NCBI GenBank assembly: GCA_002104905.1
Contig: MCFE01000060.1
Location: 124,001-188,000, forward strand
Origin: Basidiobolus meristosporus CBS 931.73
Lineage: Eukaryota > Fungi > Basidiobolomycota
DNA: 64,000 nucleotides
Direction of reading: 5' to 3'
The notes under the pieces are model-generated. The model made no database searches. It saw nothing but the letters and a program-made list of their open reading frames with translations, and was not told where the DNA came from. Shown piece after piece: positions 11,294 to 25,800 of this stretch (positions are counted from its first letter, which is position 1; each line of letters opens with the position of its first letter). Made by a program: the position numbers and the translations under genes.

Positions 11294-13327
11294 GGTCATG
11301 AATGTTGCAGAGGCATTGGTAAGGACAAAACTCATGACTTAGTACTTGTAATGTCCATATGCAGTGCTGAAGGCTCTCTTAGGGATGTCTTCTGTACTCA
11401 CCCTAATCTAGTTGTATTCTGACCTGAGGTCAATCTTGCTAAGAATAGTGGCTCCATTGAGTTGGTCCAAAAGCTCATCAATCTGAGGTATAGGGCACTT
11501 ATTCTTCACAGTGACTGAGTTGAGGGCTCTGTAGTTAATGCACATCCTGAGTGCTCCATCCTTCTTCTTCACAAAAGCACTGGTGCTCCCCATGGCAACT
11601 TGCTGGCTCTGATATATCCTTGCTCCAATAACTGATCTATTTGTTTCTTCATCTATTCTGACTCCAATGGACTCATTCTGTAAGGTGTCTTACTCACTGG
11701 AGGGCTATCTCCTGTGTCAATGGCATAATCCACATCTCTGACAGGTGGTAGGCCTACAAGTTCATCTGGAAATATGTCTGAATACTCCTTCAAAAGAGTC
11801 TGGACTTTCTGGGGTACTCAAGTAGAGAAATCCTCCTTTAATACTGCCATGAGGAACATCTGGGTGCCTTTCCTAAGTGCTCTTCAGAACTGTGTCTCAC
11901 TAAGTTCACACATTTCACACACACTGAAGTTGACCAAGTTGAAATCCAGTCTGGCAGGTGATAGGTCATAGTTCTTGTTATCCTTCTGGATCTGAGTAGC
12001 ATGGGTTCTTCAGTTGCTTGACAGATTACAACAAAATAGCCAGGTATTTCCAAGTACAAGGTCATACTTGCAGTTCCCAAATATATTAGCCTGTAGGTCT
12101 TCTTCTTAGTCATTGATCTTCATCCTTACTGGCTGAGTAATATAGTTGGTTATGTGAGAGTTCCCTTCAGCTGTTGAGACTGAAGTTAACTTGGTAGGTT
12201 CCCAGCTGATTCCAGCTTTCAAAGCAAATTGCTTCAACATGTACTCATGCAATGCTCCTGTGTCAATCATGATATTGACAGGTACCCCATTGATTACTCC
12301 ACACAAATATATTAGCTTTCTTGAGTTTGAGGTCATCTGGGATAGGTGTTCTTCTGCCATATGGAAGGTGAGTTCTGAGTCTTCTTCAGTTTCATCCTCC
12401 ATGTTACTTTGCTCAAGGGCTTCAATATGGTAGAAGGTTCTTGATGGCTGGTGTCCACTTCTTCTCTGAGGGCAGCACTTTGCAATATGTCCCTGCTGGT
12501 GGCAATTGAAGCAAAGTCTGTTCTTCTTTCATTCTTCTGAGGTAGGATTCTTCTGCATAGCATCTATTACCCTTGGCACTGCTTTGATTGTCTTCTAATA
12601 TATTGATTGTAGCCTCTCTGATTGGTCATTGTGGGCTTCCCAACTCCAAATATTACTGAGTCATAGTCAATGGTAATCTTGATGGCTTCTTCAATAGTCT
12701 GGGGTCTTCAATAATTCACTTCCGTGCAAGTTCTTTTGTTCAACCCATCAATAAAGTATTCCACTTGATCCAGGGGGTTCATTCTTTCAATTTGTCCAAG
12801 TAGACATCTATATTCATAGATGTACTCTTGAACCACTCCTTTCTGTCTGAGTGTTTTCAACTCTCTTATTAGTAGTGTCTGCTGGTGTGGAAGTTCAAAA
12901 GCATCTTGAATTTCAAACACAAACTCATTCCAGGTATGGATTGTAGAGCATCCCATGATGGTGGCTGACCTGATCTTGTTGTGGTACCACTGCAAAGCTG
13001 CATCTGCCAGGTAAGAGGCTGCATAATGAAACTTGCTCTCTAGAGCAATTCCCTTAGCCTCAAAGGCTTCTTCAATCTGGAAGAGCCAAGTTCCCAAGTT
13101 TTCATTAACTCTTCCATGGTACCAGTTGACCATCACACTAAAGTTGATCTGTACAGGGTTTTGCTGGCTTTGGGCCATGGCAGTTGCTCCTTATTGCTGC
13201 TGGCTAAGGATCTGGAGTAATTGTTGCTGTTGGGCCAGGATTTGCTGCATATCATTCTTCCATTCTTGATTTTCAGACATCTTGAGGGAGGCTCTTCTCT
13301 CTTGAGGAGGGAGGTTTCTGATTATTG

Positions 13328-13336
13328 CTGCTACCA
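13328..13336 (-). promoter_or_regulatory. Family B primer-binding site TGGTAGCAG (tRNA-iMet 3' end); also just left of 34453
   Basis: Lies 1 nt from the LTR end and is complementary to ...CUGCUACCA of eukaryotic initiator tRNA. Confidence 0.75.
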
Positions 13337-13707
13337 ATGTTACAAATCTTGGTATAAGAGCTGTAGAGGAATAGGGGGTTTAGCTAGTTTTGTATTCACT
13401 TAAACTTGAACTGATTTTTATTGAGGTACCAGCAGCTCCTTATAGACAACTTTGCCCAATCAATTGCTGAATAAATGTACTTCCTAATTTAGGTTGTGGC
13501 TGATGACACATTTGATTGCATCATCATTACCAAATAAGATTCCACTTAATATATCTATTCCTGTCCAATTAGGATCTGCTGATTTGTCTGCTGACTAAGG
13601 CTATTAATTTGATAGATAACACTGATACACTGATAAGCTGAACATATAACTAATCAATTTGACTAGAAACTGATCTAACTTAACCATTCAAGCAGTAGAT
13701 CATGACC

Positions 13708-16700
13708 TAAATATATACTTGAGTGAGGTGTGATCAGTCTTCACAGTGCACCAGACTTCTTCAATTTGGCATCTCCAGGTCTTCAAGCAGTGTACAATTG
13801 AAATCATCACCTCCTTATGCACTGGATTGTTCTGTTTGGCTGAGTTCAGTTTCTTGGATTCAAAAGCAACTGAGAAGTCTTTTCCCTCATGTTCTGGGCT
13901 CAGTACACCAATTGCTTAGTCTGAAGCATCCATGCACAGAGCAAACTCTTTTCTGAAGAGTGGGATTCTTAAGCTTGGCAGCTTAGCAAGTTCATTCTCC
14001 AACATCTGCATGGCAGTCTCACAGGCTATATTGCACTTCAAGGTGTTGTCATTCTTGAAAATATCAGTTATAAGGGCTGCAATACTTGCAAAGAACTTGA
14101 CAAACCTCTAATAATAGGAAACCATTCTAAGGAATAATCCAAGTTCCAATATGCTATGGGGCTGCTTCAGATTCTTGATGACTTCAAACTTCCTGAGGTA
14201 TAAGGTTACTCCTGTGCTAATCACTATGTGTCACATGTATTCAACATGTTCCTTCAAGAATTTGCACTTTCCTAGCCTGCCATAAAGCTTACGCTCTCTT
14301 AGATTCTGCATATTCCTTGAAAAGAGTCTGGACCTTCTGGGGTGCCAGAGTAGAGGGATCTCCCTGTAACACCACCACAAGGAACTTCTGGGTACCATTT
14401 CTAGGTGCTCTACAGAACTGTGACTTGCTAAGTCTACATGTTTCACACACATTAGAATTGACCAAGTTGAAGTCCAGTACGGCAGGTAATAGCGCAATGG
14501 TCTTGTTGTCCTTCTTGATCTTAGTAGCAAGGGTTTGGTTCTCCAGATGATATATGGATTGCAACAAAATAGCCAGCTTCTTGCAAGTACAAGGTTGAGC
14601 TTGTAGTTCCCAATAATATGGGCCCATAGGTCTTCTTCATAGTCATTGATCTTTATTCCTACTGGTTGAATAATACTATTAATTATGTGAGAGTTCTCAT
14701 CAGCTGTTGTGACTGGAGTTGATTTGATTGGTTACAAGTTGAATCCAGCTTTTAAGGTAAATTGCTCTGATATGTACTTATGTGATGCTCCTGAGTCAAA
14801 CATGATCTTTCCAAGTACCCTGTTGATTACTCCATTCAAGTATAATAACTTTCCTGAGTTTGAGGACATTTGGGATAGGTACTCTTCTGTCATTTGGAAG
14901 GTGAGTTTGGAGACTTCTTTGAGCTCATCCCCCATGTTACTATGCTCATGAACTTCAATATGACTGAAGGTTCTTGTTGATTGGTGTCCATTTCTTCTCT
15001 CAGGGCAGTAATTACAATATGTTCCTGTTGGTGGCAGCTGAAGCAAAGTCCTATCTTCTTATATTCATCTGAGGTAGGATTCTTTGGCATAGCATCTATT
15101 TCCATTGGCACTGCTACTGATTGTCTTCTTTCAGAGTGATTATAGCTTTTCTGATTAGTCATTATGTGCTTCCCAACTCCAAATATAGCTGAGTTGTAGT
15201 CAATGGCAGATTTGATGGCTTCTTCAATAGTCCAAGGTCTTTGATAACTCACTTCCTTGAAAGTTTGTTCTGTCAACCAGCCCATAAAATATTCTGTTGT
15301 GTTACATTATGATTAGTTTGAGGCTTGTTCTACAATGTAGAGGCTAATCAACAAGATACAACAACTTCCAGTATGCTAATACTGAAAGAGTTTATTGGGA
15401 GTTTGATATACCAATAGAAGATATAACTTTCCCTAATTTCCTCAATCTTAGGCTCAAAATATACTGTAGGCAGTGTTTATCACTTCTACAGCAGTGTTCT
15501 GACCTTCTGTTGACTAATGGCTTCTTTACTTTTATAGTAACTTTTCCTTATTTGGAAGTCACTTTCCTTTCTGAGATAACATTTCCTAATATGGAAATTT
15601 TGAATTCCCCCTTAAACTAAAGGGGTGTGTTGTAGAAGTCCCTATGGGTGTCTTTAGACCTAAAGGGGAGTCTAAAGGGGTGTCCTTAGAGTAAAGGGGC
15701 TTCTTGTAGTGGTCTCTAATGTGGACTTTACACTAAAGGGGTGCCTGAAGGGGCTTCTCTACAGTAAAGGGGTTTCTTAAAGGGGTCTCCAAAGGGGTCT
15801 TTAGACTAAAGGGGTGTGTAAAAGGGTGTCTTTAGAGTAAAGGGGTCTCTTAGAGAGGACTTTTCCAACAGAAAAGTGGTAGTTTCTTGTAGAACTTAGA
15901 ATGGATTCTGGTGAGCTTTGCAGTCTCTTTACTGATGTAGTACCAACCAAAGTCAGAATACTCAACAGTGCAAGTGATGCATGGGAAGTCCTATAGCCAT
16001 TAAACTTGTAATTGTAGTGTAGAGATTCTGGAAAGAGAGGCTCCCTTCTTATTTTTCAGCTGGGGAAGTCATGTATATGAAAATTCTGAAGGATCAAAGT
16101 TTCTGGGCAATTGTGTAAGCAATACACATGATACAAGGCTAAAATTTTGCTGTGGCGCAGATTGGACATAGGCACAGCACCTATGAATATTTAACATGAT
16201 TTGATTGGTTGGTTTAAAAGTTACATGCAAACAAAGTCACCATAGTAATCCTAGCAATAAGGCATAGTATATATAATAGCTGGACTCTTTTGGTCATAAC
16301 TCCTTAAGTACTGCTTTGAATGAGCTGTACTTTGAAACATGTGTTGGCTACTATGTGTTTTGTATGACACAATATTGTTGGGTGGATTGCTTGTCAGGGT
16401 CTGGAGCATTTGTTCTTCAAAGTTGGAACTTCTTGATCTTTCACTTTTGTGTTACAATAGCAAAAAGCAAAATAAAGAAATGAGTGCAATATTGGTTTAG
16501 AGATATTGTTGTAATGGAATACTTTCCATTACCACAATTCCACTTGATCCAGGGGGTTCATTCTTTCAATTTGTTCAAGTTGACATCTATATTTATAAGT
16601 GCACTTCTCAACCATTCCTATCTGTTCAATTGTCTTCAACTTTCTTCTTATTAGTGGTTGCTCTTGTTAAGGCTCAAAAGCACCTTGAATTCCAGCACAA

Positions 16701-17112
16701 ACTCATCTCAGGTAGTGATTGTAGAGCATCCTGTCATAGTGCTGGCCTGATCATGTTGTGAAACCACTGTAAAGCTGCATCTGCTAAGTAAGAAGCTGCT
16801 TAACGCAACTTGGTTTCTGAGGCAGTTCCTTTAGCCTAAAAGTTGCTTCAATCTGCAAGAGTCAGGTTCCCAAGTTTTCATTGACTCTGCCATGGTACCA
16901 GTTGATGGTTACACTAAAGCTGCACTTGACAAGATTTTGCAGGCTTTGGGCCATGATAGTCATTCCTTGTTGCTGCTGGCTAAGGATGTGGAGTAGCAGT
17001 TGTTGCTGACCCAGTTGTGCTGCATATGATTTATCAATTCTTGACTTTTGATGTCTTGAGGGTGGCCTCTTCTTTCTTCAGGGGGGAGGTTTCTGATTAA
17101 AGCCATTATCTA
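13708..17112 (-). pseudogene. Internal region of the outer family B copy: RNase H, partly deleted RT, protease, gag
   Basis: ORFs 14732-15046 (IMFDSGASH) and 14890-15285 (CFSCHQQEH). Collinear with 9300-13330. Confidence 0.85.
15295..16536 (-). mobile_element. Solo LTR of family A (1242 bp), reverse orientation, inserted in family B gag
   Basis: Reverse complement of LTR-A with perfect TSD ATTC (15291-15294 and 16537-16540). Confidence 0.95.
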
Positions 17113-17902
17113 TGTTACAAGTATTGATATAAATGGTGTAGAGGAATAGGGAATTTAGTAGTATTGCACTCACTCAAACTTGGCCAATTTTTATCGAGGC
17201 TCCAGCAGCTCCTTGTATACAGTTTGCAAGATCAATTGCAGACTAATGTATTTCCCAATGTATTTTGTGGCCAATAACTCATTAGATTGCATCATCATCA
17301 TCCAATTAGATTATACCTTATATACCTATTTCTATCTGACAAGGATTTGCTGATTCATATTTTGACTACCACTACTAATTTTTTAGATAGCACTGATATT
17401 TTGGTAGGCTAAGCATAAAGCTAATTGATTGGACTTAATACTGATTTAACTTAAACTCTCACATAGTAGATCACAATGCTACAGCTGTCCTAACAGAGCT
17501 AATTTTGGCTGCTGGAGCAAATGCTTCCTTAAAGTCCACTGCTTGGATCTGGTAATAGCCTTGAGTCACTTATCTAGCTTTGCGCTTATCAATGATATCA
17601 TTTGAGGTTATCTTGGTTTTGTATGCCATCTTTATCCTATTGGCTTTCTCCCATTAGGTAAATCTATTAGTTTCCATATGTTTACCATGATCAGTGATTG
17701 GAACTCCTCCGGCATGGCTTGAAGCCACTTAGAAGTGTCTGAGCTTTGCGTTGTCTGATCATACTCTGAGGATTGGCACAGATGGCATGAGAAGCTTTTC
17801 AGGTTCATTAGCTGCCTAACACTATGATTCAGGGGTATCTCTTATTCTAGTAAATCCCCTAAGTGGGATAATCTATCTAAGCTGGGAGTTGATAGACTTA
17901 TA

Positions 17903-19170
17903 TGTTACCATTTGGCAAGTGTTTTGGTTGTAAGGAACTTGGCAAGAAATAATGATAATAGCTGAATTTTTGTTTATTTATAAAGTAACTGTGCATTGGT
18001 GCCTTTGTACAAGTAATCACAATGTAACACTAAGTAAGGAGAGTTTCTCAACATTGAGGAGCATTTGGTAATAGTCTCAAGGTTAGAACATAGTATCTGG
18101 AAAAAGTACTAATATAATCCTGATTATAGGGGAATCATTATAAAATCAAAAAGCAGAAGTAAAGTGGTGAAGTTTGGGCTGTAAATCTGTGCTACAGTGA
18201 TCAAGACTAGTTCAAAAATGCTCAGTAAACTTTAGCTGCTCCAAGATAGTAAATAGTCCAATACAACTACATTGCCCATTAACTAAGTAATTTCTTGGTC
18301 CCAATTTCTCTGTGAGATTTGTAAGCTGTACTAAGTTACTTTCTACAGATCTTCTTACAAAGTTATGTTGTAAATCTTTGTGCTTAGTTCTTACATATAT
18401 GGTAAGATTTCTAGCTAATGAAATTGAATTTTATTATTCTTAGGAAAAGATGTTGGCCCATCTGAACTAAAACCTAAGTCCTTCAATAATTTTGTAACCA
18501 AATGGCTTTCTTAACTGCTTGAAAAGCAGTCATATACTCTTCCTCAACCTTAGAGTGGGCCACAGTTGGTTGTTTCTTGCATCTTGTAGTAATAGCCTCA
18601 CCACCATTTAGAAATACATACACAGTGGCAGAGCAACTGTCAACTAGTTCCCTAGACCATGAGAGTCACTATAGCCATTAAGTTAATGCCTATTGGTTGC
18701 TTTGGAGCATCCCTCAACCACATCAATTGTACCATGTGGATATCTGAAGATTTCTTTAACTGCAAAAGTTATCTGAGATTCATAAATGATTGATTATGCA
18801 AGCAGCCACTGCATTGCCAGGACATGTAGACACCATCAACTACATCAGGATACCAACAATTGATTGGCAAGGATAGTTTGGCCTGTATTTGCGCTGTTTT
18901 TACCCTGGGCTGGCAGAGATTTGCCCAATTTATGGCCAACACTTATGGCAGCTGCTGCGGGCTGGCAATTTTCATTTGAAGCACCAAAGAGTGTCCCAGA
19001 TGTACTTGGACTGATTCAGCATAATTTGTGCATAGAGATGACAAATTTGACTTTAATTCTGAGAGAAGCTGAAGTTTCTAAGATCTCTCATTACTTAGGG
19101 TCACAGTTGCCTCACTTCTTCATAGGTAAAATATCAAGTTTCTTCATTATCAAACAACAGGTCAACTATT
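17903..19170 (-). mobile_element. Old Copia relic: C-like 3' LTR (about 17903-18271) plus decayed RNase H/RT
   Basis: Collinear but heavily diverged relative to 22883-24250. Confidence 0.7.
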
Positions 19171-19175
19171 ATCAC

Positions 19176-19525
19176 TGTTGAAATAATTAGAAGTGCACCT
19201 AATTATTAATGTATTATGTACTAGCACTTAGTGAAATGATTTCTTTCAGATTATCAACTTAGAAATTAGTCTGTCAGATATTTACTAACTATTAGGAATT
19301 ACAGAAGTATGCAATTTTAGGAAAATCTCAAACTTGTCCAAATGAGCCAAAATATGGCATATGTACTCCTGAGACTCCTCTAACAGTTATCAAATAGCTA
19401 CACTTACATAGTTCTGGAATAAGTATAAATACTGTGTTGCAACTCAATAAAACAACATGTGAATATCATGTAAATCTTCTAACTCTCCAATTCACTTCCA
19501 ATATATCTCTCTAAATATTTCAACA
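19176..19525 (+). repeat. 5' LTR of another Copia family (G), followed by PBS gattatgagctcc and decayed internal DNA to about 20400
   Basis: 10-bp terminal inverted repeat TGTTGAAATA...TATTTCAACA, internal TATAAATA and AATAAA, and a half-tRNA-type PBS immediately downstream. Confidence 0.7.
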
Positions 19526-22500
19526 GATTATGAGCTCCAAGCTTGCTTTATCTTGGGTGTCTACTTTGCTATAGTGTTGTGTCTGTATTCTGGAGAAATG
19601 ACTGCATGGTCTACCTGAAGTTACAAAAGATAGAAAAGTACTGTTGCTGCAAGGAACTGCTAGATGGGATATATTGTTATGGAGAGAGAGGCCTTTGCCC
19701 TTAAAGAGGCACTACGCAAAGAAAAAGGTCATATGTCAAGGAGATCATGTTGGACAAATTTCAGATTATTAAATGTGCAGAAGAATGAAGCTCTGAGAAA
19801 ATGTGTAATCCCAGCAAGGAGTCCAGATCAATAAGGGGCATTTTGAATGATATATGTATTAATGCTATGATCCTCATTATCACCACATAATGGATCTATG
19901 TTGAAGATCCACATATACCTGGGTTTGGATTACACTATTTCAATCAATGAAGTGCCCACATTGCTGCGGTAAATTTACGTAAGTCTGTAGTCACTTGAAA
20001 TGAAATGATGCACAAACACTTTGAGGCTGCCTGCTGCCCTAGTTTGAAGTTGGATATGCAGACAAATATATTGATCAGCTTGCCCAAATTCTGAGAATCA
20101 AAAAGATATAAAATACCTATATATTTGGCCAAAGATCAGTGATCTCAGACATGCTAATTGAGGAGTGGTACGCATGGTATATCAGTGGTACTGTTTCCAA
20201 TGACAATGATCCTGAAGCTCTGCAAGATACTTATTAGACATGCTATATGTCAACATTGAGTATCAGAAACAGTGGGAGGAGATATACCTATATATGTTGA
20301 AATATGGAACTGAAATAGATGAAACTAACTGAACAACATAGTATAGGAGGCCAGGAGACATTGGAGAACAGAGAATGAGCCAGAATTTAACCTGTTTTGT
20401 GTCTAATATATCCAATTCAAATCAAATCAAGTGTCTGAAAGAGATGGTCATATGGCAAACAAGCTAGGTAACCATTCAAGTGCTCAGGAGGCATGAACAC
20501 TACCAAGATATTTTCTATTATGCACTCAAACATATGTAGTCCCACAAGAACACTGTTTCTTAGAACTAAGAGATATTCTATCACATTTGTTGATGACAAG
20601 AAATGATAAATTCAAGTGTACTTCCTCAAAACTAAGGATGAGGCTTTAGTGCTGCTTAAGTACTTCAAGAACATGGCAGAAACACAAAATGGGTCTGAAT
20701 TGAGTACACTTCAAATTGTCTGTGAAGAGGAATACTGGCCAAAACAGCTTGCAAAAACTGCCCATCTACCAGTATGCCTCAACAGATCACAGTTCCATAT
20801 AATACATAGCATGATGGAGAAGCAGAATGTGCAAATAGAAAAATAATAGATATGGTAAGATCTACGCTAGTTAAAAAGCAAATGGACTACAGGATCTGGG
20901 CAGAATCTGTTGCTACTGTGGTATAAGTCAAAAAGAGCTGCCTAACAACAGCACAATGTGACTCTACACTCTTTGAGGCATATACAGGCAAAAACCAGAC
21001 CTCTAGCATCCATTGAAGTGATGTTTTCTATCACATTGTTGACACAAAACACTCAAAGTTAGAGCCAAAGAGTAGAAAATGGATCTTTCTTGGCTATTTT
21101 GAAGACACCAAAGAGTATAGAGTGTATGAAGGCAAATTCAAAAGCTGATTAAGGGCAGCAACATTGAATTGAGGAGAACTTGGACCAGAAGGCCACAAAG
21201 ATCATTGGCCAGCTATCTGATGATGCAATTCCCACTAATGATACCTACATAATCCAGCCAGATATGTAAGAAAATCTATCAGTTCCAGATTAGAACCAAG
21301 TATCCTGGTAAGAAGATCTAGCAGAAAAGGAAATTACCCTGGATTTTGTTGGCAGCTATCTAATGACCATGAAGCAGTTTATCTTGCCTTATGTGCCACA
21401 CCTCAGAATCTGGAGCCAGTAATGTAAAGTCCAGGTGCTACTATGGAGCAACAGGCCAGGTGGGAAGAGTGCTGATCACTGATCAGGGCAAAAACATTAG
21501 AATTTGTAGGTACAATAAGTGGCAGAAAGCCAACAGGATGTAGATGGGTCCACAAGATCAAGATAACCTCAAATGGTACCAATGATGAGCAGAAAGCTTG
21601 ATTGGTAGTCAAAGACAATTCCCATATCCAGCAACTGGACTTTAAGGAAACATTTGCTCAAGTGGCCAAATTTACTGCATTAGGACATTCCAAGCCCTGG
21701 CAGCTGTACACAGTCCAGATCCATACCAAATGGAAGTCAAAACAGCCCATCTAAGTGTGGATCTGCCAGAAACCATATACTTGGAGCAACCAGATGGTTT
21801 TACCAATATAAAGGCCTCTATAAGATGTGCAGCCAAATGAAACTCTTGTGTTGGCATAAGTAAGCTCCTGGAGCATGGAATGACATGATTGACACATATC
21901 TAGAGCACATTGGACTTATTTGTAGCACAGCAGATCACAGTGTATGTGTGAAACAGCTCAAAGAAAATGATTGTCCTGATACTTTATGTGGACAGCCTGG
22001 TAATAGCTACCTGTGACTGGGAGGCACTTAAAAAGACAGAATCTGGCCTCTTCAGCAAGTTTGCAATGGAGCTTCTTGGAGAATTAAGCTATTTTCTTGA
22101 CACCAAAGTCAAGTTTTAGATACCTACACAAAAACTGTGCTGAAACATTCTAAGTGCATCAGAGACATTACTAGATGCGTCAAAGTAGAAGATGCAGGCC
22201 TACAGCAACCAGCATAGACAATAACCTGATAATAAGCAAATCCAAGCTACTTTCAGATGAAACAGCCCAAATATGGACTAAAACCTTTCTTATCAATCAA
22301 TGGTTGGTAGCTTAATGTACTTGATGACTTCTAAATGTCCAAGTGTTGCAGTGGCAGCTGAATTAGTCTGACATATGCTGCAGAATTATGGATTTGGTCA
22401 AATTACAACAGTTAAGCAAATTTTCTGCCATCTGGAGGGTACCATTGATATGTTTCTGAAATACTCTGGAGCAACTAATAGCCATGAATTTAATGGCCAT

Positions 22501-22882
22501 AATGATTCACATTGGCTAGAAATCCAATTGACAGATTTTCCAACACTGGATATGCATATCTATATACTTGTGCAACTATTACCTGGAGTTGCATGAAACA
22601 ATCAACTGTGGCCATATATAATTGAAGCTGAATATATGGCTGCTTGTTAAGCAACTAGAACGGCTATAGGGCTTTAAAAATTACACAAAATATTAGGGTC
22701 CATTCTGATGAAGCAACATATGCATACAAGGATAATCAAGGCTGTATTTCATTAGCTAGAAATTCTATTAATTATGCCAGTACTAAGCACATATTTATAC
22801 AACACCACTTTCTGAGGAAACTTGTAGATAGTAACTTGGTATAGTTAGTTTTCTGCCCAGCTGCCAAGACTGTGGGAGATAT

Positions 22883-25800
22883 TGTTGCAATTTAAGAAGT
22901 GATTTGGATATAAGGAACTTATCAAGAAATAGTGATAATAGTTGAACTGTTGTTTATTCATAAAGACGCTCAGTATTTATACCTTTGTAGAAGTAATAAA
23001 GCTGCAACACTAAGTAGGGAGGGTTTCTCAATATTCAGGAGCATTCTGTAACAGTTTCAGGGTTAGTACATAATGTTTGGTAATAGTGCTAATTTGATCC
23101 TGACTATAGGGGAATAATCATAAGATCATATATCTGGAGAAAGTGGCAAAGTAAAGGCAGTAAATGAGTCCTACAGTGACTAAGACTAGCCTAGAATTGT
23201 TAAGTAAATTTTTAGCTGCTGAATGATACCAAATAGTCCAATATTTCAACACTCCCCCTCAACTAAATAATTTCTTAATCCCAATTTCTCTCTAAGGATC
23301 TCAAACTGTGACCTAGCTAGTGGTTTTGTCAATATGTCTGCCACCATTTTGTCGGTTGGGCAGTAAACCAGCTCTACTAAGTTATTTTCTACAGCTTCCC
23401 TCACAAAGTGATGCTGTATATCAATGTGCTTAGTTCTGGCATGATTAGTAGGATTTCTAGCTAATGAAATACAACTTTGATTATCCTTGTAAATACATGT
23501 TGGTTCACCTGAATTAAAACCTAAGTCTTTGAATAATTTTTGTAGCCATATAGCCTCCTTAGTTGCTTGACATGCAGCCATATATTCGACTTCAGTTGTA
23601 GATGGTGCCACAGTTGGTTGTTTCTTGCAATTCCAAGTAATAGCTGCACCAGCATAAAGAAATACATAGCCTGTGGTAGAGCGTCTGTCAATCAGATCTC
23701 TACCCCAATCTGAATCACTATAACCATCAAATTATTGCCTATTAGCTGCTCCAGAGTATTCCAGTACCATATTTATGGTACCTTGTAGATATCTGAAAAT
23801 CCGCTTAACTGCTGCAATTTGATCTGATCCATAATTCTGCATGAATTGACTGAGTATTCCAACTGCCACTGCAATATCTGGACGTGTAGACACCATCAAG
23901 TACATTAGGCTACCGATCATTAATTGATAGGGAAAGTTTTGGTCCATATTTGAGCCGTTTTCATCTATAACTGGCTGAGAGTTGCTTAATTTCAGGTTAT
24001 TGTCCATAGGGGTTGCTGCAGGCTTGCAATTTTCCATTTTGAAGCGTCTAAGAATGTCCCTGATGTACTTAGACTGATTCAGCACAATTTTCTGCGTAAG
24101 TATGTCAAATTTTACCTCAATTCCAAGAAAATAGCTCAATTTTCCAAGATCTTTCATCTCAAACTTGCTGAAGAGATCTGATTTTGTCTGTTTAAGTGCC
24201 TCTTGATCACTTGTAGCGATAATTAGGTTGTTCACATAAAGAACTAGGATGATCACACCCTTTTTGAGCTGTTTTACATATATACTGTGATCTGCAGTGC
24301 TACGAGAGAACCCAATTTCCTCTAGATATGTGTCAATCTTGTTATACCATGCTCTGGGTGCCTGCTTAAGCCCATAAAACAATTTTCTAAGTTTGCACAC
24401 CATATGGGGGCTATTTGGATCGGTAAAACCTTCTGGTTGCTCCATATATATAGTTTCTTGCAAATCCCCATTTAGAAAGGCTGTTTTGACGTCCATTTGG
24501 TGTAGATCTGGACTGTGTACAGCTGCCAGGGCTAGAACTGTCCTAATAGAGTTAAACTTGGCAACTGGAGCAAATGTTTCCTTAAAGTCTAGTCCCTGGA
24601 TCTGGGAATAGCCTTTAGCTACCAATCTAGCCTTGTACTCATCAACGACACCATTTGAGGTTATCTCGATCTTGTAGACCCATCTATATCCTATTGGCTT
24701 TCTCCCATTTGGTAAATCTACCAGTTCCCACGTTTTTGCCTTGATCAGTGATTGGTACTCCTCCTGCATGGCTTGTTGCCACTTAGTAGCATCTGGACCT
24801 TGCATTGCCTGTTCCAGATTCTGAGGTTTGGCACATAAGGCAAGATAAGCTTCTTCATGATCATTGGATGTCTGCCACCAGGATCCAGGGGCATTTCTTA
24901 TTCTGGTAGATCTCCTAACTGGGATAATCTGTTCTGATCTGGAACTGGTAGAAGTATCTTCCATCTCTGGCTAGATTTGGTACGTATCTTCTTCATTTGT
25001 GTTGATTGCATCATCAGGCAGCTGGCCAATGATTTCTGGGGCTTTCTGATCTGAATTCTCCTCAAATACAACGTCCCTGCTCTTGATCAGCTTCTGAATT
25101 TTGCCATCATACACTCTATACCCTTTAGTATCTTCACAATACCCAAGAATGATCCCTTTTCTACTCTTTGGTTCCAACTTTGAGTGTTTTTTGTCAGGGA
25201 TGTGATAAAAAACATCACTGCCAAAGATCCTGAGGTGCTGGAGATCTGGTTTTTTGACTGTATATGCTTCAAAGGGTGTAGAATCACGTAGTGCTGTTGT
25301 TGGGCATCTGTTCTTGATGTATACAGCGGTAGCAACAGATTCAGCCCAAAACTTGTAGTCCATTCCCTTATCATGTAGCATAGATCTTCCCATCTCTACT
25401 ATTGTTCTATTTGCACGTTCTGCTACTCCATTTTGCTGTGGAGTATGAGGAACTGTGGTCTGTTGAAGTACACCAGTAGACAAGCAGTATTTTGCAAACT
25501 CCTTTGAGCAGTATTCTCCTCCATTGTCACTTTGTAGTACCTTCAATTTACACCCAGTTTGTGTTTCTGCCATGTTCTTGAAGTGCTTAAACATCTCTAA
25601 AGCTTCATCCTTTGCTTTGAGGAAGTACACCGATGTATATCTTGTCTTGTCATTAATAAACGTCATAAAGTATCTCTTGGCTCCAAAGGACAGTGTTCTC
25701 ATGGGGCCACATATGTCTGAGTGTACAATAGCCAATATTTTGGTGGTATTGATGCCTTCTGAGCTCTTGAAACGTTGCCTAGCTTGTTTGCCATATGAAC

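Larger units (their letters stand above)
9086..13707 (-). mobile_element. Inner family B Gypsy copy (5' LTR 13338-13707, PBS, gag, PR, RT, RNase H; integrase and 3' LTR missing)
   Basis: Gag ORF 12708-13178 (WLFQIEEAF, YL.DAALQWY), knuckle CFNCHQQGH, PR IDTGA (12106-12402), RT ORFs 11408-11593 and 9521-10075, PBS TGGTAGCAG at 13328-13336. Confidence 0.85.
865..17478 (-). mobile_element. Outer Ty3/Gypsy family B element (3' LTR 865-1233, 5' LTR 17113-17478) hosting several nested insertions
   Basis: Two ~370-bp LTR copies. Copia host DNA is contiguous across the element (gccagtgCTAG | CTACagctgtcc versus intact gccagggctagaactgtcc), giving a degenerate 4-bp TSD CTAG/CTAC. PPT (minus strand aggggagaa) lies next to 1233. 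Confidence 0.7.
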
